From: Polyangiaceae bacterium
GTDB taxonomy: Bacteria; Myxococcota_A; Polyangia; Polyangiales; Polyangiaceae
DNA: 64,000 bases
Direction: 5' to 3'
NCBI GenBank assembly: GCA_050287085.1
Contig: JBNKBE010000006.1
Location: forward strand, 170,381 to 234,380
How positions within the stretch are numbered: position 1 is the first letter of the stretch; each line of letters opens with the position of its first letter. The notes beneath the pieces were generated by a model. It was given only the letters and a program-made list of their open reading frames with translations. It did not search any database and was not told the origin of the DNA. The position numbers were made by a program, and so were the translations under genes. Positions 30,075 through 38,975 of this stretch are shown here, piece after piece.

Positions 30075-31037
30075 TCAGGTCTCGCTGCGCAGAACCGCAA
30101 TCGCCACCCCTTCGCCGAGCGCTGGGGCCCTGGCGACGCCGAGCCCAAAGCTGCGCCCCGTAATCTCGAGCGCGGCAGAAAAGGTCCCTTCGCTCAGCGC
30201 CGCGACCGGATCTAGCGCCGCAATCGCCTGCGCATTCACTTCCGGCGAAGGACCGGTACCGTAGACCTTCTGGCCAACTACAACGAAAACGTAGACCAGC
30301 GGCCGCTTGCCCTCCTCGGTGTCGGCAATCCGCGTTGCAAGGGCAGCTTCCAACCTCCGGCAATAGAGGGACCACGCCCAGCCCGTTAGATAGACGCCTT
30401 TTGGCTTCTGCGTATCGTCTGGTCGAATACCGACGGCTGCCACCCATTGCGCGTCCGGCTTGCCCTTGACGCCATTGGCGGGCGCAAAGCTCCCGAGTGT
30501 CTCCTTATACCGACCGTTCTCACCAACGTCCCGCAACGACGCCCACGCCGAATGGAAGTTCTCACCCGCCATGAGGTCCTGCGACTGGTCATTGCGAATG
30601 ATGGTGCCGTCTGGGGTCGCAACCGCAAAGAAGGTCGACTTGGCGAGCCGCAGCTCCAACACCTTGAGGCGGGCCCGCTCGAGGGCCGCCTGCGCTGCCT
30701 GGGGGTCTCGAGACGCGTCTTTGTCGTCTGCAAACAGAATCCGCAGTTCACGTTCACCCAGAGGTAGCCCCGTCCGGACTTCCTGAACGTCTGCCGCCGC
30801 GACCGGAACCAGATACTCGGCGTGGGCCAGGGCCAAAGTGCGGCTCTTCTTGACCGTGTCCTCACAACCAAAGGCAAGAAAAGCCGCCGTCGCCACACAC
30901 ACGTCGCGACGGGTAGGAAAGCCGTCGCGCCCCGTGTTCGGGCCATAGGCGGAACGATTCCAACTCGCCCACCCCCGACTCGACGCCAGCACCCGGCTCC
31001 GAGCCGCATGCTCGTGACCGCATTTGTTCCGTTTCAT
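30075..31037 (-). CDS. Hypothetical lipoprotein with Cache/PDC-like segment
   Basis: TRRDV...AFLAFGC (possible Tat lipoprotein signal) and FFAVATPDGTIIRND. Confidence 0.65.
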   Translation of the reverse strand: MKRNKCGHEHAARSRVLASSRGWASWNRSAYGPNTGRDGFPTRRDVCVATAAFLAFGCEDTVKKSRTLALAHAEYLVPVAAADVQEVRTGLPLGERELRILFADDKDASRDPQAAQAALERARLKVLELRLAKSTFFAVATPDGTIIRNDQSQDLMAGENFHSAWASLRDVGENGRYKETLGSFAPANGVKGKPDAQWVAAVGIRPDDTQKPKGVYLTGWAWSLYCRRLEAALATRIADTEEGKRPLVYVFVVVGQKVYGTGPSPEVNAQAIAALDPVAALSEGTFSAALEITGRSFGLGVARAPALGEGVAIAVLRSET

Positions 31038-31096
31038 CGACCCTCATTCCTTCCTACTCAAAAGCGGCCACAAGGTGCACGGACCCGCAGCTGCAC

Positions 31097-32209
31097 CTAA
31101 AGGTTGCGCGCAGCGGCGAGTACTTCCGCGGTGTGCCCGGCGACACGCACGCCGCGCCAAACAGCCCGAACCTTACCCGACGCGTCCACCAAGAAGGTGG
31201 AACGGACGATGCCCATGTACTCGCGCCCGTAGTTCTTCTTCAATTGCCACACCCCTAGAGCCTTTGCCAGTGCTTGCTCCGTGTCGGCCAAGAGCGAATA
31301 CCCAAGAGAGTACTTCTCGTCGAACTTTCCATGCGTGGCCGTTGTGCCCGGGCTGATCCCCAAAACACGCACCCCCAGGGCCTCAAACTCGGCACCTTCA
31401 TCGCGAAAGCCGCAGGCCTCCTTAGTGCAGCCAGGGGTATCCGCCTTGGGAAAGAAGAACAATACGTAGGCCGCTCCGAGAAGCGACGCCCCGGTGACTG
31501 CAACATTCCCCTGATCGAGCAGCTCGAACTCTGGCATGGCGTCCCCTGCGGAGATGGCGTCCCCTGCGGAGATCGCATCGCTCGCCGTCTCGCTTTGAGA
31601 CGCGGCAGCTGCCTTGCCACGCTGGCTGCGCTTCGCCTCCCCCGTGTCGCGGGCCTGGACGGAAGGTGATGCCGCCGCGTCAACGGCTTCTTCTGCCAAC
31701 GCGCTGGGGCGCCCCACTCTCTTTGCAGTGGCCTTCTTCGCAGTCGCCTTCTTCGCAGTCGCCTTCTTCGCAGTCGCCTTCTTCGCAGTGGCCTTCTTCG
31801 CAGTCGCCTTCTTCGCAGTGGCCTTCTTCGCAGTGGCCTTCTTCGCAGTCGCCTTCTTCGCAGTCGCCTTCTTCGCAGTCGCCTTCTTCGCAGTCGCCTT
31901 CTTCGCAGTCGCCTTCTTCGCAGTGGCCTTCTTCGCAGTGGCCTTCGCAGTCTTCTGCTTAGAGCCGCCGTTCTTGGTCGCTGCCTTCTTGGTGCGGCTC
32001 TTCTTGGTGGCCGCCTTCTTGGTACTGCTCTTCTCGCTCACCTTCTTCTTGGTGGCTGCTTTCTTCGAACTGCTCTTCTTGCTCGCTGTCTTCTTGGACC
32101 CTCGCTTCGGAACGTCCGTCGCGGATGCCGCCGACTCGCTGTCGGCCCCACTACCCTCTGAAGTCTTTGAACCGGAACTCGCTCCGGAACTCACTCGTTT
32201 TGACGCCAT
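31097..32209 (-). CDS. bcp: BCP/PrxQ peroxiredoxin with N-terminal histone-H1-like Lys/Ala repeat region
   Basis: C-terminal [24 protein letters not shown] and [11 protein letters not shown]-terminal KKATA repeats are in frame. Confidence 0.92.
   Translation of the reverse strand: MASKRVSSGASSGSKTSEGSGADSESAASATDVPKRGSKKTASKKSSSKKAATKKKVSEKSSTKKAATKKSRTKKAATKNGGSKQKTAKATAKKATAKKATAKKATAKKATAKKATAKKATAKKATAKKATAKKATAKKATAKKATAKKATAKKATAKKATAKRVGRPSALAEEAVDAAASPSVQARDTGEAKRSQRGKAAAASQSETASDAISAGDAISAGDAMPEFELLDQGNVAVTGASLLGAAYVLFFFPKADTPGCTKEACGFRDEGAEFEALGVRVLGISPGTTATHGKFDEKYSLGYSLLADTEQALAKALGVWQLKKNYGREYMGIVRSTFLVDASGKVRAVWRGVRVAGHTAEVLAAARNL
31731..31940 (-). repeat. 15-bp coding tandem repeat, 14 copies (KKATA periodicity)
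   Basis: gccttcttcgcagt(c/g) repeated over 210 bp on the + strand, varying only at one synonymous position. Confidence 0.97.
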
Positions 32210-32516
32210 GTAGTTCTCCACGGAAGGGCGGCGAAGTCTGAGATCGCCGCGAGCTATCACCGTATCGCGCTCCTCGTTCCAAGAGAAGTGCCGCCGTGCG
32301 CTCGACGTGCGAAAACGCGGACGGGGCGGGCTGTACAGCGCCGGACGCTATCCTCTCGACACTCGTGGCAGCGGGACCAGGCGCCCTCGCCCGCGCGGCC
32401 ACATGCCCAAACCGAGGGAGCGCGAGAATGTTTTCAGGATCCGTACTTGGTCGCCCCCGGTTGCTGCGCTATCGTGCCCAACACGCAGCGCCATCGCGCG
32501 CAGCCTAGGACATACG

Positions 32517-32978
32517 ATGCTAGATCTTCCCGACAACGGACTCTATCGAACCACCACCGCCTTGCCCGGCAACGAGACCGCTTTCCCCAAAGGAGTCCTC
32601 GTGTACGTCGGGGAGAAGGGGGGCAACAAGTTCATCGTGCGTCCCGGTCAGAACCGGCACAATCGTTGGTATTGGGGAGAGCCGACCACGCCTCTTCGCT
32701 CTCCAACCTGGGCCCGCACCCTACTGGCCTTGCGCGGCGAGGGCTTCTACACGTTGCCTGAGGCGCTCGAGTTCGAAGGGGGCGGTCGTTGGCTGAAGAA
32801 CGCCATCGTGCAACTCGGGTACAACGAGAAGGGCGAGCCCATCGTATTCGTGGCCCAGCGGCGAGAGGGCGAAAAGTCAAACGTACTGGCTTTCAGCGAT
32901 CGCGGGCGCCGCATCAGCGACGAGCTGCTGGAACAATTGGTCTGGGCGCCGATTCTGCCCGTCGCCGACGACGCTTGA
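32517..32978 (+). CDS. Hypothetical protein with internal two-fold repeat
   Basis: LPDNGLYRTTTAL...GVLVYVG versus LRGEGFYTLPEAL...NAIVQLG. AGGA precedes ATG 32517. Confidence 0.75.
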   Translation: MLDLPDNGLYRTTTALPGNETAFPKGVLVYVGEKGGNKFIVRPGQNRHNRWYWGEPTTPLRSPTWARTLLALRGEGFYTLPEALEFEGGGRWLKNAIVQLGYNEKGEPIVFVAQRREGEKSNVLAFSDRGRRISDELLEQLVWAPILPVADDA

Positions 32979-33808
32979 ACGGTCCGGACCTCAGCTCCTA
33001 TTTTGGAGCCAAAGTAGAAGGCCTCGCGCCGCCCCTGGCGCAGATATGGTTTTCACTTGGCGTGGACCATGGCGCAGAGCGCTTTCTGGAACGCGCGTCG
33101 CGGAATCGTCACGGCTGGCTCAAGAATGGGCTGCACGCATGGCTCCGGCACTTCTGGTCTGACTTCGACGTCAACGGCGCGCTGAACATGTACCCGTTGT
33201 ACATGTTGTCTACGGCTGCCTGGCGCAAACTGCTCATCCAGGCGGGTGCTACCGTGCCGTATGCCACCCTGCTCGACGTTGGCGCGGGGAATGGCGACCT
33301 GACGTCGCAGCTCCGGCCCCTGTGCAGGGACCTTTGCGCGACCGAGGCATCCCGGATGATGCGCTGGCGCCTGAACAGACGGGGATATCCCGCTCGTTCT
33401 ACGTTGCCCGACTCGACCTTCGACGGCGTCGTCTGTCTCAACGTCCTGGACCGAACGGCACGCCCCCTGACCCTGCTTGGCGAGCTGGAACGCCGACTGC
33501 GCCCTGGGGGCGTGTTGGTCCTTTCCGTCCCACTTCCCGTGGAGCCCTTCTACTACGACGGCCCCAACGTCCTTGCGCCCGAAGAAGCACTCCCGGCAGG
33601 CAGCTCGAACTTCGAAGCGGCCGCCAATGCCTTATTTCCCGTTCTCTCGCAGCACCTCCCCGGCTGCCGCCCGCACGTGTTCACCAAAGCCCCCTATTTG
33701 TCCGGCGGAGACAACGGCCGACCGTACTACGTGCTGGAAAGTGGGGTGTGGGTTTGGCGTCGGCTCCCGTCGGAGGGCGGTGCTCCGGGCCCAACGCCCA
33801 GCCTTTGA
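32975..33808 (+). CDS. METTL9/DREV-family class I SAM-dependent methyltransferase
   Basis: DVNGAL, LLDVGAGNG, ATEAS..M.W.L, CLNVLDR...PLTLL, LP..PF and FT..PYLSGGD...YYVL, collinear with eukaryotic METTL9 as recalled. TTG start overlaps the upstream stop. Confidence 0.85.
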   Translation: MNGPDLSSYFGAKVEGLAPPLAQIWFSLGVDHGAERFLERASRNRHGWLKNGLHAWLRHFWSDFDVNGALNMYPLYMLSTAAWRKLLIQAGATVPYATLLDVGAGNGDLTSQLRPLCRDLCATEASRMMRWRLNRRGYPARSTLPDSTFDGVVCLNVLDRTARPLTLLGELERRLRPGGVLVLSVPLPVEPFYYDGPNVLAPEEALPAGSSNFEAAANALFPVLSQHLPGCRPHVFTKAPYLSGGDNGRPYYVLESGVWVWRRLPSEGGAPGPTPSL

Positions 33809-33987
33809 GAACGGTGGCTCACCAAGGGCAAGCCGCCGACCGCGCCTCCGGGAGGACCAAGGGCGCGCGCCAGGCCGTCCATCGGCTCCGGAGCAGCCGA
33901 GTACGAACTAGGGACCGGCCAAGAGATCGATTGGAATGCGGATCTGCGTGACAGGAAGGTCGCGCCGACTATGCTCCAGCTCCCCTT

Positions 33988-34071
33988 GCCGAAGTGGCGG
34001 AATTGGCAGACGCAGCGGATTCAAAATCCGCCGCCTTCACGGGCGTATCGGTTCGAGTCCGATCTTCGGTA
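33988..34071 (+). tRNA. tRNA-Leu (anticodon CAA)
   Basis: Acceptor GCCGAAG/CTTCGGT, D-arm GCGGAATTGGCAGACGC, anticodon arm GCGGA-TTCAAAA-TCCGC, long variable arm, T-loop TTCGAGT. CCA is not encoded. Confidence 0.96.
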
Positions 34072-34432
34072 CAAAGTGGTAACCCATCGAGGGCTAGCCG
34101 CTGGGCGCGCGGTGAGCCGCCCAGCGGGGGCCTGAGGGTTTGGGGTCGGACGCTCCTGAGAAGCACCAGTGGGAAGGTCGCTAGCGCACTGGCTACAGCT
34201 CACCGCCTCAGGAGCGGGTGCTGGCATGGCTTACCTGCGCTCACCTGTACCGACCTTGGGCTGGACGCCAATGTCCTCCGCGCAACCAGCCGCCGAGACG
34301 ACAACTTGTTGACAGGCGAGAATAGCCAGGATTTCTTGTGCCAGAGTGTGACTTGGCCGTTTGCGCTGGTATATTGCCCATTAAAACCGCTCCTTTCCAG
34401 CGCCGCCACGGCGGATCGCATCGCCCGAACGT

Positions 34433-35212
34433 ATGAAATCTCCTCTCACTCCTCCAGCCGAACTCTTCTCGCAGCGGGATGAGCTCATGAGCAGTTTCAG
34501 TCGTAGCACGCAGCTTGTGCAGGGTTTCCTGACGGCGTTTGACGAAATGCGTCAACGTGGCCAATTGCTGGAAACCGAAAATTCTAGACTTCGTGATGCG
34601 CTCAGGCAGACAGAGGGAGGCTCCAAGTTATTGGATGATTTGGAGCAGGACGAAGTTGTCCTTCCGAAGCAGAAAGTGCCTGCTGTAGACGCTGAACTCG
34701 AGGCCGAACTCGCTCGTTTCGCAAACCTTCACCTGGCTGCCAATGCGCTACACAGTACGCTTGACCCGGCTGGTGTCGCCAGGCGTTTGAAAGAGATCTT
34801 GGAGCAATTGGTCGGCATTGACGCCTATGCTCTGGTGCTCGCGGCGCCTCGTCCCAGCGTGCTCTTGACGGAAGGCCTAGGCCCCAACGAATCTCCAGCT
34901 GAGCTCCCACTACTGCAATGCGAAGAAGTCGCTACCTCAGGGGCTTCGCGCATCGCCGACGCCGTGCCCCCCAACCTGTGCACGGTGTCAGAGCCACTCG
35001 CGTTGCTACCCCTTCAGTTTGACTCGAGGGTGGTCGGCATCCTCGTATTGATCCGCTCACTGCCGCACAAGACGACACTGGACCCCGCTGACTTCGAACT
35101 CTTCGAACTCTTAGGTTTGCACGCGGCCGTTGCGCTCATGGCCGCGGGTTTGTTCGCGCAGGCTCAGCAACGACTCCCCGATGCAAGCGCATTTGCATCC
35201 CTCAAGCACTAA
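34433..35212 (+). CDS. Coiled-coil + GAF domain protein
   Basis: LETENSRLRD coiled coil, ANLH.A...LHSTLD....LKEILEQLVG, and GAF end VVGILVL...DFELFELL..HAA.AL. Confidence 0.8.
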   Translation: MKSPLTPPAELFSQRDELMSSFSRSTQLVQGFLTAFDEMRQRGQLLETENSRLRDALRQTEGGSKLLDDLEQDEVVLPKQKVPAVDAELEAELARFANLHLAANALHSTLDPAGVARRLKEILEQLVGIDAYALVLAAPRPSVLLTEGLGPNESPAELPLLQCEEVATSGASRIADAVPPNLCTVSEPLALLPLQFDSRVVGILVLIRSLPHKTTLDPADFELFELLGLHAAVALMAAGLFAQAQQRLPDASAFASLKH

Positions 35213-35228
35213 TACCTACGAACAACCT

Positions 35229-35606
35229 ATGGCTCAGTACTCTTGTTTGGTCGTCGAGGACTCGCCGATGATGCGGCAGTTGGTGGTTTTTGCTCTGGGC
35301 CGCCAGAAAAACCTCCATGTAACGGAGGCCGACGACGGGGTGGACGGCCTTCGCAAGCTCGCATCTTCGACTTTCGATCTGATCCTCACCGACATCAATA
35401 TGCCCATCATGGACGGCTTGAAGCTGATCCAACGAGTGCGCACGGACCCTCGGCATAAAGACACACCGATCATCGTCATCACGACCGAAGGTGGCAAACA
35501 GGATCGAGAGCGCGCCCTCAAGCTTGGCGCCGATGCCTATATCACCAAGCCCATTCAAGCACCGCAGGTTATCCAAACCGTCCGCGAGCTACTGAAGATA
35601 GAGTGA
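35229..35606 (+). CDS. Single-domain response regulator (CheY-like)
   Basis: LVVEDS, LTDINMP.MDG, ITTEG and YITKP. Confidence 0.93.
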   Translation: MAQYSCLVVEDSPMMRQLVVFALGRQKNLHVTEADDGVDGLRKLASSTFDLILTDINMPIMDGLKLIQRVRTDPRHKDTPIIVITTEGGKQDRERALKLGADAYITKPIQAPQVIQTVRELLKIE

Positions 35607-36028
35607 TGTCAGAGTTACACCGCCCGCCGTCAGCGCTTGGACAGTTGCTCGGTCAGAGTCGAGCATTGACGTCCCGAGGGCGGCTCACGTGGCACTGCTG
35701 GCGCCGCGTAGTGGGAGCGCGCGTTGCGCAGAAGTCGCGTCCCCATACCGTATTCAACCGGGTGCTGACGGTGATCGTGACGTCGGCGACCTGGTCGCAG
35801 GAGCTCTCCTTCTTGAAACCCATGATCCTGGAACGGCTGTTGGCTGAGGGATTTGCCATCGACGATCTTCGCTTTCGAGTTGGGGAGGTACAGCCCCCTC
35901 AGCGACAAAAGCCAACGCGGGTGCCTCCGCGCCGCCGCTTGCCCGATAGCCTCGGCTTGGCGTTGTCACGCATTGACGACCCCGAGCTACGAGGAGCGAT
36001 TGCCGAGGCGGCGGCCTACGGCCGGTAA
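35603..36028 (+). CDS. DUF721/DciA-family protein
   Basis: W..VVG..VA..SRP.....L.V.V.SATW.QEL.F....IL.RL...I.DLRF.VG. Confidence 0.8.
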   Translation: MMSELHRPPSALGQLLGQSRALTSRGRLTWHCWRRVVGARVAQKSRPHTVFNRVLTVIVTSATWSQELSFLKPMILERLLAEGFAIDDLRFRVGEVQPPQRQKPTRVPPRRRLPDSLGLALSRIDDPELRGAIAEAAAYGR

Positions 36029-36076
36029 TTGCCGTCTAGCGCCAACACGAGAGCCGAGAAGCCCTGCCCTGCTGCC

Positions 36077-36997
36077 TCAAAGCGAAGCAAGCTTGGTGAG
36101 GCCGTCGATCCGGCGCAGCAAGAAGAGTTCTGAGGGGCCCAGACTGCGCGCGTGGCGCGTCATATGAGCCGCGTAGCGCCGCATCGCCGCCAGATCGACC
36201 CCTTCGAGCGACCGCACCAGTTCGTAGAGCTTTTCCACGGCGGCCGCGGGTAGAATGCGTTCGCTCACCGTGAAGAGACGAAACGTGTAGTCAATCCAGT
36301 CGACGCGAGACAGCGCTTCGGCCAACCGCAGAGAATAGGTAGCAGCTAGTTCGAGCGTCTTCGGATCGGGGACATGGCCTTCTTCCGCCCGACGTAGCAA
36401 CTCGAGAAGACTAGTCTTGAGAATTCGTTCCGCCTCAGCGGCGCGCCCCATCGCCAGTACCTTGTTGGCCACTGTGGTCAACGTGCCGAGCGCGTCCCCT
36501 TCGCGGATGATGGTCGACTCCTCCTCGCCACTGGGGGGCGCAGACGATATCGAGCTCAAGGACGGAGGAGCGGACGACCTGGATTGTGCGTTGGTCAGAG
36601 TCTCCGCTCCGACGCGCGCCTGCCGGCGCGCTTCAAGCGAAGCTGCGGTGAGATGAACAGTCAGCTCCTGATTGCCCAGTCTCACCACATCCCCATCGGC
36701 AAGAACCCTGGGTTTCTCCGCACGCTGGCCGTTGACGAGCACGCCGTTGACGCTGCCGAGATCCTCCACCAAGAGGTGCCCGCTCGGCCGCAATTCCAGC
36801 CGCGCGTGTCGTCGAGACGCTAGCGGATCGTCAAGAACCACATGGCAGCTATCGTGACGCCCGACAACAGTCTGTCCCTGCAGCAGCTCGATTTCTCGAG
36901 TTCCTAGGGTTATCCAACACTTTGGAACTGAGCTGCGTGGGTCGTCCAATCTGAACTCCGGTGTCGGCTGAATACGATACCCGTTCTTGTCGAACAC
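36077..36997 (-). CDS. FHA-domain protein
   Basis: VGR...C.VVL.D..ASRRHA...DLGS.NGV.VNG....L.DGD...LG, then a helical C-terminal domain. Confidence 0.9.
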   Translation of the reverse strand: MFDKNGYRIQPTPEFRLDDPRSSVPKCWITLGTREIELLQGQTVVGRHDSCHVVLDDPLASRRHARLELRPSGHLLVEDLGSVNGVLVNGQRAEKPRVLADGDVVRLGNQELTVHLTAASLEARRQARVGAETLTNAQSRSSAPPSLSSISSAPPSGEEESTIIREGDALGTLTTVANKVLAMGRAAEAERILKTSLLELLRRAEEGHVPDPKTLELAATYSLRLAEALSRVDWIDYTFRLFTVSERILPAAAVEKLYELVRSLEGVDLAAMRRYAAHMTRHARSLGPSELFLLRRIDGLTKLASL

Positions 36998-37156
36998 GTC
37001 GAGAACGCGACGAGCAGGGAACCCGCCTCGGTCCTACTATGTGCGACCGGAGCCGACAATCTGCTCCCGGCAGTGTTTTGTTTAGGCGAACCGACAGTCG
37101 GAGCTTCGCTTCCGGTCGTAGGAGTTTCTACAGCCCCCAAACGGGCCCCCTACCTT

Positions 37157-38236
37157 TCAGAGCTGAAAAGCCGCCATGAAGTCCGTCAGCGCAGCGACCC
37201 ACTCGCGGGAAACCGCATTGTAGAGAGAGGCGCGAATTCCTCCAACCAGTCGATGTCCCTTTAAGCCGACAAATCCCGCGGCAGTCGCCTCGGCGACGAA
37301 TCGCTTCTCGGCCTCTTCCGTAGGAAGATTGAACACGACGTTCATGACGCTGCGACTATCCTGCGCCACTGGACAGCGGTAGACCTCGGGCCGAGCGGAT
37401 ATCGCATTATACAACATTTCCGCTTTTTCCTTATTTCTTCGCTCGAACTCGTCCACGCCGCCCTCGGCCTTGAATACCGACAGGACATTGCGGAGCAAGT
37501 AGACAGCGAACGTGGGAGGCGTGTTGTACAGAGAGTCTGCCTTGATATGAGTCGCGTAGCGGAAGATGCGAGGGATGTCGCTACGCGCAGAGCGCGCAAC
37601 CCAATCGCGATCGACGATCACTACGGTGACCCCGCTCGGCCCTAGATTCTTCTGCGCCCCCGCATAGATCAGTCCAAAGCGGGATACGTCGATCTTGCGC
37701 GATAGGATATCGCTCGACATATCGGCCACCAAGGGGACCTTTCCTGTGCTCGGGTAGTCGTGCCACTGGGTACCGGAAACGGTGTTGTTCGTGGTGATGT
37801 GGACGTACGCGGCGTCGTGAGACAGCTGCAGCTCCCCGGGCTCCGGGATCCGTGTGTACTTGCCGTTCTCCGGCAGCGGGTTGCCGGCCCTGGCTTTCCC
37901 TATCGTCTTCGCTTCCGCCAAGGCCTTCTCTCCCCACACGCCGGTCACCAGATAATCTGCCGACTGTTCAGGGTGCAGAAAGTTGAGCGGAACCCATGCA
38001 AACTGCTGGCTCGCTCCGCCTTGCACAAAGAGCACCTCGTGCGTGTCAGGAATGCCCATGAGTTCGACAAGCAAAGCCTTGGCTTCAGCATGGATGCCTT
38101 CGTAGAGCGGGGCCCGATGGCTTTGCTCCATCACGCTCATGCCGGAGCCTTCGATGTCGAGCAATTCTCGCTGGGCTCGCTCCAGAGCGGGCAGCGGCAG
38201 GGTGGCAGGGCCTGGATAAAAGTTGCGCACTCGCAT
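37157..38236 (-). CDS. serC: Phosphoserine aminotransferase
   Basis: [40 protein letters not shown] and GHR.VGG.RAS.YNA. Confidence 0.97.
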   Translation of the reverse strand: MRVRNFYPGPATLPLPALERAQRELLDIEGSGMSVMEQSHRAPLYEGIHAEAKALLVELMGIPDTHEVLFVQGGASQQFAWVPLNFLHPEQSADYLVTGVWGEKALAEAKTIGKARAGNPLPENGKYTRIPEPGELQLSHDAAYVHITTNNTVSGTQWHDYPSTGKVPLVADMSSDILSRKIDVSRFGLIYAGAQKNLGPSGVTVVIVDRDWVARSARSDIPRIFRYATHIKADSLYNTPPTFAVYLLRNVLSVFKAEGGVDEFERRNKEKAEMLYNAISARPEVYRCPVAQDSRSVMNVVFNLPTEEAEKRFVAEATAAGFVGLKGHRLVGGIRASLYNAVSREWVAALTDFMAAFQL

Positions 38237-38285
38237 GACTGGATCCTTCCGTTGACGCGGGAAGTAGTGATTTTGCGGGCGGCGG

Positions 38286-38975
38286 TCAAGCGTTCGCGAG
38301 AGGACGCCCGCCCCATTGCTCCAACGCCGCCCGCGTCACGGCGCCCGGTCGCACGATGCACAGACCTTCTGACGTATCCCGAACGATCGTCGACGGCGCT
38401 CCACCAGCGCCCGCGCCGGGAGTGCCCCAGACGTAGCGCGCGCTTCGGAATGCCACGTGCAGCCCGTCGACTCCCAGCACCGCCGGCTGACCGCTGAGAT
38501 TCGCACTCGTTGCGGTCACAGCTCCCCCGTAGGCGCGAACGACATCCAATGCTGGCGACGAGCCGGGGATACGAACCCCCACGCAACCGTCAACGCATAG
38601 GCGCGGATCGACACCGGCCCGAGCCGGCAGCGTCACCGTCAGCGGCCCGGGCCAGAATCGTTCAGCCAGAGACGAGGCCCAAGCGGGGATCTCCGTGACC
38701 CACTGCGCCCACGCGGCCACGTCCGGGATCATCAGCGCCACGGCGTGGGACGTAGAGCGTCCTTTCAGCTCAAACACCCGGTCCAGCGCCGCCGCGTCGC
38801 GGGCGTTGGCCATCAGAGCGCAGAAGGATTCCGTGGGGGCCACGACGATCTCCCCGTGCGCAAGCGCCCTCGCCGCCTGCGCCACGCTGCTCTTCATCCG
38901 CGCCCCTTCATCACGGCTCGATGAGGGCCAACTGGCACTTTGCGGCACACGATCCTGAGGCGGCAGAGTCGGCAC
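38286..38975 (-). CDS. tsaC: L-threonylcarbamoyladenylate synthase (Sua5/YrdC)
   Basis: [26 protein letters not shown] and PSTIV. The start may instead be ATG 38897. Confidence 0.9.
   Translation of the reverse strand: MPTLPPQDRVPQSASWPSSSRDEGARMKSSVAQAARALAHGEIVVAPTESFCALMANARDAAALDRVFELKGRSTSHAVALMIPDVAAWAQWVTEIPAWASSLAERFWPGPLTVTLPARAGVDPRLCVDGCVGVRIPGSSPALDVVRAYGGAVTATSANLSGQPAVLGVDGLHVAFRSARYVWGTPGAGAGGAPSTIVRDTSEGLCIVRPGAVTRAALEQWGGRPLANA

Noticed and set aside
31614..32213. Plus-strand ORF with (FFAVA)n resembling a membrane protein
   Set aside because: It is the antisense shadow of the KKATA repeat in bcp.
33988..36028. Genomic island integrated at tRNA-Leu
   Set aside because: No integrase and no duplicated tRNA 3' end seen. 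Downstream genes look like native signalling and replication genes.
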